Source of the DNA: Comamonadaceae bacterium
Lineage (GTDB): Bacteria > Pseudomonadota > Gammaproteobacteria > Burkholderiales > Burkholderiaceae_C
Reading direction: 5' to 3'
Length of the DNA stretch: 44,193 bases
Assembly (NCBI GenBank): GCA_012274225.1
Contig: JAAOZX010000211.1
Span: 1-44,193 of the forward strand
In this document: piece after piece, positions 28,015 to 37,352 of the stretch
How the letters are laid out: every line of letters begins with the position of its first letter
How positions within the stretch are numbered: position 1 is the stretch's first letter
The notes under the pieces: generated by a model
Seen by the model: only the letters and a program-made list of their open reading frames with translations
Database searches by the model: none
What the model was told of the DNA's origin: nothing
Made by a program: the position numbers and the translations under genes

Positions 28015-31000
28015 TTAGAGTTGCGCCGCCAGCAGGACGGCGGCATGGACGGCCTCGCGCTGGGCTCCGTCCTGGATCTGATGGCGGCAGCTGGTGCCGT
28101 CGGCTACCACGATCGCGCCGGGATACTTGCGCACCGCGGGCAGCAGGGTCAGCTCGGCCATCTGCATCGACACGTCGTAATGGTCGGCGTCGTACCCAAA
28201 GCTGCCGGCCATGCCGCAGCAACTGCCCTCGATCACCTCGGGCTGCACGCCCGGAATGAGGCGCAGCACCTCGACGATGGGCGGTACGGCCGCGAACGCC
28301 TTCTGGTGGCAGTGGCCGTGCAGCAGCACGCGCTGGTCGAGCGGACGCAGCTTGCCCTTCAGCGCGTCGAGCCGGCCGGCCCTGGCTTCGCGCGCCAGGA
28401 ATTCCTCCAGCAGGAAAGCCTGTTTGGCCACAGCCTGGGCGTCGGCGCCGAGACCCATGGACAGCATTTCGTCGCGCAGCGTGAGCAGGCAGGACGGCTC
28501 GAGCCCGACGATGGGGATCTCCTTCCGCGCGAACGGCGACAGCGACTCGATCACCTCGCCGGCCTTGGCCCTGGCTTCGTCCACCATGCCGCTGGTCAGA
28601 TAGGTCCGGCCGCAGCACAGGTGCTTGCCGTCCGGGCGCAACTTGGTGGCCACGTGGACCGTATAGCCGGCGGCCTGCAGCACCTTGAGGGCCGCCCGTG
28701 CGTTGAGCGACTCGAAATAGCCGTTGAAGGTGTCGACGAACAGCACCACCGGTCGCGCCGCCGCGAGTGCTTCCTCACGGGTGGCGGTCACCGGCGCGTG
28801 GCCGAAGAAGGGTCGGGCTTCCCATACCGGCAGCCGGCGGCGCGCCGACAGCCCAAGCATTCTTTCGCCGAGCCGCGCCATCCAGGCACTGCCATTGCGC
28901 AGGTTGAGCAGCGGTGCGATCCGGCTCGCCTGCGCGGCGTAGTCCGGCAGGCGGGCGATCAGCTTGTCCTTCCAGGTGAAGCCGTAGCGCAGCTTGTAAT
29001 GGTGGAGGAACTCGATCTTCATCTTCGCCATGTCGACGCCGGTGGGGCAGTCGCGCTTGCAGCCCTTGCAGCTGACGCAAAGGTCCAGGGCGTCCTTGAC
29101 CGCTTCCAGCGCGCCGTCATCCCAGGTGCCAGGCAGCACGTTGTCGACCCCGGTGGTCGTGCTGGCGGCGAACGCCGAAGGGTGGAAATCGACCGGCACA
29201 ATGCCCTTGCCGGCGGCCGGGGCCGGGCGTGGCACCATGCCCAATTGCCCCGACAGCGCAAGGCGCAGCGTGTTCGCGCGGCCGCGCGTGGAGTGCTTTT
29301 CCTCGCGCGTGACCCGGTAGCTCGGGCACATGGTGGCGGCGTCGAACTTGCGGCAGTGCCCGTTGTTGTTGCACATGTCCACGGCCTTGGCCAAACCCGC
29401 CGCCGGGTCGCCGCCGGAGCCGGGCGGCGTGATGCGCTCGGTGGCAGCGTCGTTCTGCACGTCCCAGCCGCTCCAGTCCAGCGCGGTCTGCAGCGGGATC
29501 ACCTTGTAGCCGGTCGAATAGCGCATCAGCCGGGTGTCGTCCATGCGCGGCGGGTTGACGATGCGCCTGGGGCAAAGCAGCCGCTGCGGGTCGAACAAGT
29601 CCTTGATCCGGGCAAACGCCTCGTTGATTTTCGGGCCGAACTGCCAGGCGACCCATTCGCCGCGCGACAGGCCGTCCCCGTGCTCTCCGCTGTAGGCGCC
29701 CTTGAAGCGCGCCACCAGGGCGGAGGCCTCCTCGGCGATGGCCCGCATCTTGGTCGCCCCCTGGCTGCGCATGTCCAGTATGGGCCGCACGTGCAACGTG
29801 CCGACCGACGCGTGGGCATACCAGGTGCCGCGGGTGCCGTGCTTGCGGAAGACCTGGCTGAGCGCGTCGGTGTACTCGGCCAGGTGCTCCAGCGGAACGG
29901 CGCAGTCCTCGATGAAACTCACCGGCTTGCCGTCGCCCTTGAGGCTCATCATGATGTTCAGGCCGGCCTTGCGCACTTCCCAGAGGTTCTTCTGCGGCGC
30001 GTCGTCGGTCATGCGCACCACCGATCCGGGCAGGCCGAGGTCGCCCATCAGTTCGACCAGCTCGTCGAGCTTGCGCACCAGCGCGGCCTTGTCGCTTCCG
30101 GAGAATTCCACCAGCAGCACGGCGTCGGGCTGGCCGATCACCGCGGTGCGGATGACCGGAGCAAAGGCGGGGTTCTGCAGCGACAACTCGATCATCGTGC
30201 GGTCGACCAGTTCGACCGCGGTCAGCGTCGCGCCGCCACCCCCCTGCGCCAGCTTGACGATGTGCTGGGCGCAGTCCATCGCCTTGTAAAAGGTCGGGAA
30301 ATTGACCACCCCCAGCACCTTCGCTGCCGGCAGTTCGGCCAGTTGCAGGGTCAGCGAGCGGGTCAACGCCAGCGTGCCTTCGCTGCCGACCAGAAGATGC
30401 GCGAGGTTCACCGATCCGTCGGACGTGTAGGGCCGCGGGTTCTGGTTGTGGAAGACGTCCAGGTTGTAACCGCCCACGCGCCGCAGCACCTTGGGCCAGC
30501 GGTGATCGATTTCCGGCGCCAGTGCGGCGGCCAGCGCCTGCACCTGCAGCCCCAGTTCGCGCGCGCCGCCTTCGGCTTGATCGAAGCGGCCGAAGCGGTG
30601 CAGGCGGCCGTCCGCGGTCCAGGCCTGCATGCCCAGCACGTTGTGCACCATGTTGCCGTAGGCGATGCTTCGGCTGCCGCAGGAGTTGTTGCCCGCCATG
30701 CCGCCGAGCGTCGCCTGCGCGCTCGTGGACACGTCGACCGGATACCACAGGCCCAATTTCTTGAGCGCCGAGTTCAGGTGGTCCAGCACCATGCCGGGCT
30801 CGACCTCGGCGATCCGCCGCTGCGCGTCGAAATGCAGGATGTTGCGCACGTGGCGCGAATGATCGATCACCAGCCCCGCTCCGACCGTCTGGCCGCACTG
30901 GCTGGTGCCCGCGCCGCGCGCGACGATCGGCACTTTCAGGTCGCGGCAGATGTCCAGGGCCAGCGGCACATCGTCGCAGCCGTGCGGAACGAACACGCCG

Positions 31001-31200
31001 ACCGGCATTACCTGGTAGATCGACGCGTCGGTGGCGTAGCGGCCCCGGTCGGCCGCGGAGAACAGCACGTCGCCCTGGGTCTCGGCAACCAGGCGCCTGG
31101 CCAACAGCCCGGCGACTTCATTGCCGCCCCGGGCCACCGCCTCATAAGCGCCCGAGCCGGGCAGGGTGCGGGTCACCTTCAACGGCAAGGGCGCGTTCAT
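28015..31200 (-). CDS. FAD-linked oxidase plus Fe-S/CCG-domain oxidoreductase (D-2-hydroxyacid dehydrogenase-like)
   Basis: YATDASIY, RGAGTSQCGQ, GGMAGNNSCG, GSEGTL, SGEHGDG; Fe-S motifs CNNNGHC...CP and CVSCKGCKRDCP; two CCG motifs; ATGA overlap with gntR. Confidence 0.92.
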   Translation of the reverse strand: MNAPLPLKVTRTLPGSGAYEAVARGGNEVAGLLARRLVAETQGDVLFSAADRGRYATDASIYQVMPVGVFVPHGCDDVPLALDICRDLKVPIVARGAGTSQCGQTVGAGLVIDHSRHVRNILHFDAQRRIAEVEPGMVLDHLNSALKKLGLWYPVDVSTSAQATLGGMAGNNSCGSRSIAYGNMVHNVLGMQAWTADGRLHRFGRFDQAEGGARELGLQVQALAAALAPEIDHRWPKVLRRVGGYNLDVFHNQNPRPYTSDGSVNLAHLLVGSEGTLALTRSLTLQLAELPAAKVLGVVNFPTFYKAMDCAQHIVKLAQGGGGATLTAVELVDRTMIELSLQNPAFAPVIRTAVIGQPDAVLLVEFSGSDKAALVRKLDELVELMGDLGLPGSVVRMTDDAPQKNLWEVRKAGLNIMMSLKGDGKPVSFIEDCAVPLEHLAEYTDALSQVFRKHGTRGTWYAHASVGTLHVRPILDMRSQGATKMRAIAEEASALVARFKGAYSGEHGDGLSRGEWVAWQFGPKINEAFARIKDLFDPQRLLCPRRIVNPPRMDDTRLMRYSTGYKVIPLQTALDWSGWDVQNDAATERITPPGSGGDPAAGLAKAVDMCNNNGHCRKFDAATMCPSYRVTREEKHSTRGRANTLRLALSGQLGMVPRPAPAAGKGIVPVDFHPSAFAASTTTGVDNVLPGTWDDGALEAVKDALDLCVSCKGCKRDCPTGVDMAKMKIEFLHHYKLRYGFTWKDKLIARLPDYAAQASRIAPLLNLRNGSAWMARLGERMLGLSARRRLPVWEARPFFGHAPVTATREEALAAARPVVLFVDTFNGYFESLNARAALKVLQAAGYTVHVATKLRPDGKHLCCGRTYLTSGMVDEARAKAGEVIESLSPFARKEIPIVGLEPSCLLTLRDEMLSMGLGADAQAVAKQAFLLEEFLAREARAGRLDALKGKLRPLDQRVLLHGHCHQKAFAAVPPIVEVLRLIPGVQPEVIEGSCCGMAGSFGYDADHYDVSMQMAELTLLPAVRKYPGAIVVADGTSCRHQIQDGAQREAVHAAVLLAAQL

Positions 31201-31892
31201 TCGGCGGCTCCGGAAGCGGCGTGCTGCGCATCTCGGTGCAATTGCTGCAGCACCACGTCCAGCTTGCGATGCAGGTGGCTGAGCAGGACTTCGCGCATCG
31301 CCGCAGCGTCGCGCGATGCCAGGGCAGCGATCATTTGCTCGTGCTCCTTGGCCGCGTGATCCCACTTCTCGCCGTCCTGGTTGGAGCGGAACCGCAGCGC
31401 CTGCAACCGGGCATTGACCTGGTTGTAGGTGGCCGACAGCACCGGGTTCTTGGCCGCCGCGTTGATGGCGCTGTGGATCAGCGCGTTGATGCGGTAGTAG
31501 TTGGACAAGTCGCGCCGCGTGAAAGCCGCCATCATCTCGAACTGCATCGCCCGGATCTCGGCCAGCTCCGCGTCGGTGATGCGCTGGGCGGCCAGTTCGC
31601 CCGACAGGGCCTCCAGCCCGGCCATCACCTCGAAGGTGTTGCGCACATCAGTCTCGGTCAGCGCAATGGCAATGGCCCCCCGGTTGGGCAGCAATTCGAC
31701 CAGTCCTTCGGCGGCGAGCATCTTGATGGCTTCGCGCAGCGGCGTTCGCGACACCTGCAGCACTTCCGCCAGCTCGCGTTCGTTGAGCTTGGCGCCGGGT
31801 GCGATTCGCCCCTCTACCAGCATCTGGCGCAGGCGCTGGGCGACCTGCTCATGCAGTGCGGCGCGACGGATGGAAATGATGTCGGCGGTCAT
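31197..31892 (-). CDS. GntR-family (FCD domain) regulator
   Basis: PGAKLNERELAEVLQVSRTPLREA wHTH; FCD His residues (IH, EH, SH). Confidence 0.95.
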   Translation of the reverse strand: MTADIISIRRAALHEQVAQRLRQMLVEGRIAPGAKLNERELAEVLQVSRTPLREAIKMLAAEGLVELLPNRGAIAIALTETDVRNTFEVMAGLEALSGELAAQRITDAELAEIRAMQFEMMAAFTRRDLSNYYRINALIHSAINAAAKNPVLSATYNQVNARLQALRFRSNQDGEKWDHAAKEHEQMIAALASRDAAAMREVLLSHLHRKLDVVLQQLHRDAQHAASGAAE

Positions 31893-31901
31893 GGTGGGCT
31901 A

Positions 31902-31979
31902 TTTTGTATGCATAAAACCGGACTGTAAAGCCAACGCATTGGTGCTGTCGCCATTGACATTTGAATTTTGCATGCAAAA
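31902..31979. promoter_or_regulatory. paired palindromic operators in the divergent gntR/aminotransferase promoter
   Basis: perfect 14-bp palindrome TTTTGCATGCAAAA (31966-31979); 12/14 copy TTTTGTATGCATAA (31902-31915); TTGACA at 31954. Confidence 0.7.
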
Positions 31980-32012
31980 ATCCGAGCCTAAGCTTTTGCA
32001 AAGGACCCAGCG

Positions 32013-33248
32013 ATGTTGACGCTCGACTTCCACCCCACCGGCCGTCATTTCCTGCAGATCCCCGGACCGTCCCCGGTGCCCGATCGCATTCTGCGCGCAA
32101 TGAGCCTGCCCACCATCGATCACCGTGGGCCCGAATTCGGCGCACTGGGGCTGAAGGTGCTCAAGGGCATTGGCCAGATCTTCCAGACCCGGCATCCGGT
32201 GGTGATCTATCCGGCCTCCGGCACCGGCGCCTGGGAAGCGGCACTGGCCAACGTGCTGAGCCCGGGCGACGCCGTGCTGATGTACGAGACCGGCCATTTC
32301 GCCAGCCTGTGGAGCAAGATGGCCAGCCGGCTGGGGCTCAAGCCCGAATTCCTGGGCCTGCCGGGCATCGAGGGCTGGCGCCGCGGCGTGCAGGCCGACA
32401 TGATCGAGGAGCGGCTGAAGGCCGACACGCAACACACCATCAAGGCCGTGTGCGTGGTGCACAACGAGACCTCCACGGGCGTGACCAGCAACATCCCGGC
32501 GGTGCGCAAGGCCATCGATGCCGCGCGCCATCCGGCGCTGCTGATGGTCGACAGCATCTCGGGCCTGGCCTGCGCCGAGTACCGCCACGACGACTGGGGC
32601 GTGGACGTCACCATCAGCGGCTCGCAGAAAGGCCTGATGCTGCCGCCGGGCATCAGCTTCAACGCGCTATCGCCCAAAGCCATCGAAGCCAGCAAGAGCG
32701 CGCGGCTGCCCAAGTCGTTCTGGGCCTGGGACGAGATGGTCGAGATGAACAAGACCGGCTATTTCCCGTACACCCCCAACACCAATCTGTTGTACGGACT
32801 TTCCGAAGCCTGCGACATGCTGATGGCGCCCGAGCACGGCGGCCTGCCGGCGGTGTTCGCGCGCCACGAGCGCTGGGGGCAGGGCGTGCGCGCGGCCGTG
32901 AAAGCCTGGGGTCTGGAGATCCAGTGCGTCGACCCGACGGTCTATTCCCCGGTGCTCACCGGCGTGATGACGCCGGCCGGTGTCGACGCGGACGCCGTGC
33001 GCAAGATCATCTACGACCGCTTCGATTGCTCGCTGGGCACGGGCCTGGGCAAGGTCAAGGGCAAAATGTTCCGCATCGGCCATCTGGGCGACAGCAACGA
33101 CCTGACGCTGGTGGCGACCCTGGCCGGATGCGAGATGGGACTGAAGCTCGCCGGCGTCAAGCTGGCGGCCTCCGGCGTGCAGGCCGCCATGAACTATTTC
33201 TCGGAACACGCCTGCAGCGTCAACGCCACCGGGACGCGGGCGGCGTAA
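32013..33248 (+). CDS. class V PLP aminotransferase (serine/alanine-glyoxylate type)
   Basis: HFLQIPGP, IDHRG, SGTGAWE, VHNETSTG, PLP lysine SGSQKG, FPYTP, FRIGHLG. Confidence 0.93.
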   Translation: MLTLDFHPTGRHFLQIPGPSPVPDRILRAMSLPTIDHRGPEFGALGLKVLKGIGQIFQTRHPVVIYPASGTGAWEAALANVLSPGDAVLMYETGHFASLWSKMASRLGLKPEFLGLPGIEGWRRGVQADMIEERLKADTQHTIKAVCVVHNETSTGVTSNIPAVRKAIDAARHPALLMVDSISGLACAEYRHDDWGVDVTISGSQKGLMLPPGISFNALSPKAIEASKSARLPKSFWAWDEMVEMNKTGYFPYTPNTNLLYGLSEACDMLMAPEHGGLPAVFARHERWGQGVRAAVKAWGLEIQCVDPTVYSPVLTGVMTPAGVDADAVRKIIYDRFDCSLGTGLGKVKGKMFRIGHLGDSNDLTLVATLAGCEMGLKLAGVKLAASGVQAAMNYFSEHACSVNATGTRAA

Positions 33249-33301
33249 AGGCTATCCTGTGGTGATTTGCGGCTTCTCTTCAACTACCTGAGGTGACAAC
33301 G

Positions 33302-34327
33302 ATGAAAAATCCGATCTCGAAATTCCTGGGCAAGGCCTCCCTGTTGCCGCTTTCGCTGGCAGCGTTGGCGGCGATCGCGACCTTGCCCGCGCAAGCGGCA
33401 TGGGAGCCGACCAAGCCGGTGGAGGTGGTGGTGCCGGCCGGCGCCGGCGGCGCTTCCGACCAGATGGCCCGCACCATCCAGGGGATCGTCGTCAAGCACC
33501 AGCTGATGAAGCAGCCCATGCTGATCCTGAACATGGGCGGCGCCAGCGGCGCGGAAGGCCAGATGGACGTCAAGGGTGCGAAAGGCAACCCGCACAAATT
33601 GATGGTGGCGTTCTCCGCCATCTACACGCTGCCCATCGCGGTGAACCTGCCGTTCAACTGGCGCGACCTCAATCCGGTGGCGATGATCGCGCTGGATGAA
33701 TTCGTGCTGTGGGACAACGCCGAGGCACCGTCCAAGACGACCAAGGAATTCCTGGCGGCCGTCAAGGCGGCGCCTCCCGGAACCTTCAAGATGGGTGGCA
33801 CCGGCATCAAGCGCGAGGACCACATCATCACCGTGGCGATCGAAAAGGCCGCCGGCGTGAAGTTCTCCTACATCCCCTACAAGAGCGGCGGCGAAGCGGC
33901 GACCCAGCTGGTGGGCAAGCACATCGATTCGAACGTCAACAATCCGAGCGAGAACATCGCCCAGTGGCGCGCCGGCCAGGTGCGGGCCCTGTGCGTGTTT
34001 TCCGACCATCGCATGGCGTTCAAGGAAAAGATCACCACCGACCAGTCGTGGGCGGACATCCCCACCTGCAAGGAGTCAGGCCTGGACGTCCAGTACCAGA
34101 TGTTGCGTGCCTTCTTCCTGCCGCCCGACACCACCAAGGAGCAGGCCGCGTTCTACGTCGACCTGCTGAAGAAGGTGACAGCGACGCCGGAATGGAAGGA
34201 GTACCTGAGCAAGCAGGCATTGAAGGAATCGTTCCTGACCGGCACCGATTTCACCAAGTTCCTGGAAAAGGACGAGGCCTTCCACACCAAGCTGATGAAC
34301 GAGGCCGGGTTCGCCGCCAAGAAGTAA
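33302..34327 (+). CDS. tripartite tricarboxylate transporter substrate-binding protein (TctC/Bug)
   Basis: signal peptide ending AQA, WEPTKPVEVVVPAGAGGASD, IPYKSGGE, DIPT. Confidence 0.92.
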   Translation: MKNPISKFLGKASLLPLSLAALAAIATLPAQAAWEPTKPVEVVVPAGAGGASDQMARTIQGIVVKHQLMKQPMLILNMGGASGAEGQMDVKGAKGNPHKLMVAFSAIYTLPIAVNLPFNWRDLNPVAMIALDEFVLWDNAEAPSKTTKEFLAAVKAAPPGTFKMGGTGIKREDHIITVAIEKAAGVKFSYIPYKSGGEAATQLVGKHIDSNVNNPSENIAQWRAGQVRALCVFSDHRMAFKEKITTDQSWADIPTCKESGLDVQYQMLRAFFLPPDTTKEQAAFYVDLLKKVTATPEWKEYLSKQALKESFLTGTDFTKFLEKDEAFHTKLMNEAGFAAKK

Positions 34328-34354
34328 TTGCGGCTCGCCGCAGCGGAGACAGAC

Positions 34355-34867
34355 ATGGACAGCAAGAAGATGCGAAACCCGCTTGCCCGCGGGCTTTCGC
34401 ACAGCAACGTGGAGGCGATCGCGGCGGTCGCCATCTTCCTCATCGGCGTGGTGATGATGGTCGACAACTACAAGGTTGGCGCCGGCTGGGCAACCGATGG
34501 GCCGCAGTCGGGGTACTTCCCGTTCCGGGTGGGCGCCATCATCTGCATCTCGGCCGTCGTGGTCTTCATCAAGGCGCTGTTCGGCAAGAACCGTCGGAAC
34601 GAGGTCTTCGTTTCGTGGGAACGATTCCGCCTGGTGCTGATGGTCCTGGTGCCCACCATCGTCTACGTGCTGGCCACGCAGTTCGTCGGCATCTATGTCG
34701 CCTCCACGATCTTCATCGCCGCCTTCATGCGGGTGATGGACAAGCGCGCCTGGTGGAAGGTGGCGCTGATCAGCGTCGGGACGAGCGTCACGCTGTTCTG
34801 GCTGTTCGAGATCCAGTTCATGGTGCCGCTGCCGAAGGGGCCGCTCGAAGCCCTGCTCGGTTACTGA
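34355..34867 (+). CDS. TctB-family small membrane subunit
   Basis: four TM segments, GPQSGYFP, LFEIQFMVPLPKGP. Confidence 0.88.
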   Translation: MDSKKMRNPLARGLSHSNVEAIAAVAIFLIGVVMMVDNYKVGAGWATDGPQSGYFPFRVGAIICISAVVVFIKALFGKNRRNEVFVSWERFRLVLMVLVPTIVYVLATQFVGIYVASTIFIAAFMRVMDKRAWWKVALISVGTSVTLFWLFEIQFMVPLPKGPLEALLGY

Positions 34868-34890
34868 TAACAGGAACGGAGACGCGGTCC

Positions 34891-36414
34891 ATGGAAAATC
34901 TCGAAGCCCTGTTTCACGGGTTCGCCGTCGCGATGACCTGGTACAACGGTCTGATGATGCTGATCGGCCTGGTGCTGGGCATCGTCATCGGTGTGCTGCC
35001 GGGCCTGGGCGGGCCGAACGGCGTGGCCATCCTGCTGCCGCTGACGTTCACGATGCCGCCCACCTCGGCGATCATCATGCTGTCGTGTATCTACTGGGGG
35101 TCGCTCTTCGCCGGCGCCATCACCTCGATCCTGTTCAACATTCCGGGCGAGACCTCGGCGGTGGCGACCACCTTCGACGGCTATCCGCTGGCCCAGCAGG
35201 GCAGGGCGGGGGAGGCGCTCACGGCCTCGTTCACCGGATCGTTCATCGGCGCCTTCGTGGGTGTGCTGCTGATCACCTTCCTGGCGCCCCTGGTGTCGAG
35301 CTTCGCGCTCAAGTTCGGGCCGCCCGAGTTCTTTGCCGTCTTTCTGCTGACGTTCTGCAGTTTCGTCGGCGCCGATACCAAGACCCCTTTCAAGACCATC
35401 ATCTCCATGATGCTCGGCTTCGGTTTGGCCGCCATCGGCATGGACACCGTCAGCGGCGAACTGCGCATGACCTTCGGCCTGTCGGAACTGCTGCGCGGCG
35501 TCGATTTCCTGGTGGTCGTGATCGGGCTGTTCGGCCTGGGCGAGATTCTGGTCACCATGGAAGAGGGTCTTGCGTTCGAAGGCAAGCACGCCAAGATCAA
35601 CGCCAAGGTGGTCTGGCAAACCTGGAAACGGCTGCCCAAGTACTGGCTGACGCTGATCCGCAGCTCCGTCGTCGGTTGCTGGATGGGCATCACGCCCGGC
35701 GGTGCCACCGCCGCCTCGTTCATGGGTTACGGCATCGCGAAGCGCTTTTCTCCCGACAGCGACAAATTCGGCAGCGGCCAGATCGAAGGCGTTATCGCGC
35801 CGGAGACCGCCGCGCACGCCGCCGGGACCGCGGCCTTGCTGCCGATGCTGGCGCTGGGCATTCCCGGCTCGGCCACCGCGGCGGTGCTGCTGGGCGGGTT
35901 GATGATCTGGGGCCTGCAGCCCGGGCCGCTGCTGTTTGTCGAACAGAAGGACTTCGTCTGGGGCCTGATCGCCAGCATGTACCTGGGCAATCTGGCGGGC
36001 CTGTTCATCGTCCTGAGCACCGTGCCGCTGTTCGCGGCGATCCTGCGTATCCCGTTCTCGATCATCGCCCCGATCATCATCGTGGTCTGCGCCATCGGCG
36101 CCTATGCGGTGCATGGCGCCATGCTCGACGTCTGGTTCATGGTCTTGTTCGGCATCGCCGGTTACATCCTCAAGAAGCTCGAGTATCCGCTGGCGCCACT
36201 GGTGCTGGCGGTGGTGCTGGGCGACAAGATGGAGTCCGCCTTTCGCCAATCGATGATCGGCCCCACCGGCGGACTGGCCATCTTCTGGTCGAACCCGCTG
36301 GTCGGCACGATCACGACGCTGGCACTGCTCTTGCTGTTCTGGCCGGCGCTGGTCTTTGTCTGGCGCAGGCTGATCGGCATTCTGGGCGGCGGCCCGGTCA
36401 AGGCGCCGCGATGA
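34891..36414 (+). CDS. TctA-family large permease
   Basis: GVLPGLG, SILFNIPGE, TTFDGYP, FGPPEFF, APETA, LGIPGS, GLQPGP motifs. Confidence 0.95.
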   Translation: MENLEALFHGFAVAMTWYNGLMMLIGLVLGIVIGVLPGLGGPNGVAILLPLTFTMPPTSAIIMLSCIYWGSLFAGAITSILFNIPGETSAVATTFDGYPLAQQGRAGEALTASFTGSFIGAFVGVLLITFLAPLVSSFALKFGPPEFFAVFLLTFCSFVGADTKTPFKTIISMMLGFGLAAIGMDTVSGELRMTFGLSELLRGVDFLVVVIGLFGLGEILVTMEEGLAFEGKHAKINAKVVWQTWKRLPKYWLTLIRSSVVGCWMGITPGGATAASFMGYGIAKRFSPDSDKFGSGQIEGVIAPETAAHAAGTAALLPMLALGIPGSATAAVLLGGLMIWGLQPGPLLFVEQKDFVWGLIASMYLGNLAGLFIVLSTVPLFAAILRIPFSIIAPIIIVVCAIGAYAVHGAMLDVWFMVLFGIAGYILKKLEYPLAPLVLAVVLGDKMESAFRQSMIGPTGGLAIFWSNPLVGTITTLALLLLFWPALVFVWRRLIGILGGGPVKAPR

Positions 36415-37196
36415 TGAGTGCGAACACCGGAACAGTCCGGCTCGCGATAGACGGTGCAATCGCATCGGTGGTGTTCGACCGGCCCGCGGCGCGCAACGCG
36501 ATGACCTGGACCATGTACCAGGAGCTGGGCGCCATCTGCGACCGGATCCATGGCGAGCCGTCGGTGCGCGTGGTGTCGTTGCGTGGCGCCGGTGGCGAAG
36601 CCTTCGTGGCCGGCACCGACATCGAGCAGTTCAAGGCGTTCCGCGACGGCCAGGCCGGCGTGGACTATGAGCGCAGCATCGACGAGGCCATGGCCCGGCT
36701 GGAAGGCCTGCCGGTGGCCACGGTGGCGGTGATCGAGGGCTGGTGCGTGGGCGGCGGCCTGGCCATCGCCACCGCGTGCGACGTCCGCATCGCCACGCCG
36801 TCGGCACGGATGGGCGTGCCGATCGCCAGGACGCTCGGCAATTGCCTGTCGATGGGCAGCATCGCCCGGCTGGTGGCCGCGTTCGGCCGCCCTCGTGTGC
36901 AGCGGATGTTGATCGCGGCCGAGATTCTCAACGCCGGTGAGGCCTTGGGTTGCGGTTACCTGACCGAGGTGGTGGCCGCCGACGCGATCGATGCCACCGC
37001 TGCCAGCCTGTGCCAGCGCCTGGCGACGCTGGCCCCGGTGACCCAGGCGGTGAGCAAGGAGGGCCTGCGCCGCTTGCTGCTGAACAATTTGCCCGATGCG
37101 CAGGACCTGATCATGCGCACCTACGGCAGCGAGGATTTCCGCGAAGGCGTACAAGCCTTCAGCGAAAAGCGGCCACCGGTCTGGCGCGGCCGGTAA
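36411..37196 (+). CDS. crotonase-superfamily (enoyl-CoA hydratase/isomerase-like) protein
   Basis: RPAARNA, FVAGTDI, CVGGG, SEDFREG..AF.EKR.PVW; ATGA overlap with tctA. Confidence 0.9.
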   Translation: MMSANTGTVRLAIDGAIASVVFDRPAARNAMTWTMYQELGAICDRIHGEPSVRVVSLRGAGGEAFVAGTDIEQFKAFRDGQAGVDYERSIDEAMARLEGLPVATVAVIEGWCVGGGLAIATACDVRIATPSARMGVPIARTLGNCLSMGSIARLVAAFGRPRVQRMLIAAEILNAGEALGCGYLTEVVAADAIDATAASLCQRLATLAPVTQAVSKEGLRRLLLNNLPDAQDLIMRTYGSEDFREGVQAFSEKRPPVWRGR

Positions 37197-37352
37197 TTCC
37201 ACGCGCCGGGCAAGCGAGAGCCGCGACCGGCGAGCCCACCGTTATGGCGTGCAGGTCGATGTAACAACCCGTACTGGTCCTACAGACACGGAGGCAATGG
37301 CGATGAAGTATTCACTATCCGCCTCTTCTTCGTGTCACAGGGTCCGAACGTC

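Noticed and set aside
27991-31359. 1122 aa + strand ORF and other long antisense ORFs (2900-5050, 19549-21615, 11334-13157, 34861-36465, 23175-24719)
   Set aside because: They lie opposite well-supported genes and carry no motifs; stop-poor shadow frames are expected in high-GC DNA.
33709-37196. Apparent 901 aa TctA and 703 aa crotonase 'fusions' in the ORF track
   Set aside because: The N-terminal extensions are out-of-frame readings of upstream genes; plausible starts are 34891 (SD) and 36411 (ATGA coupling).
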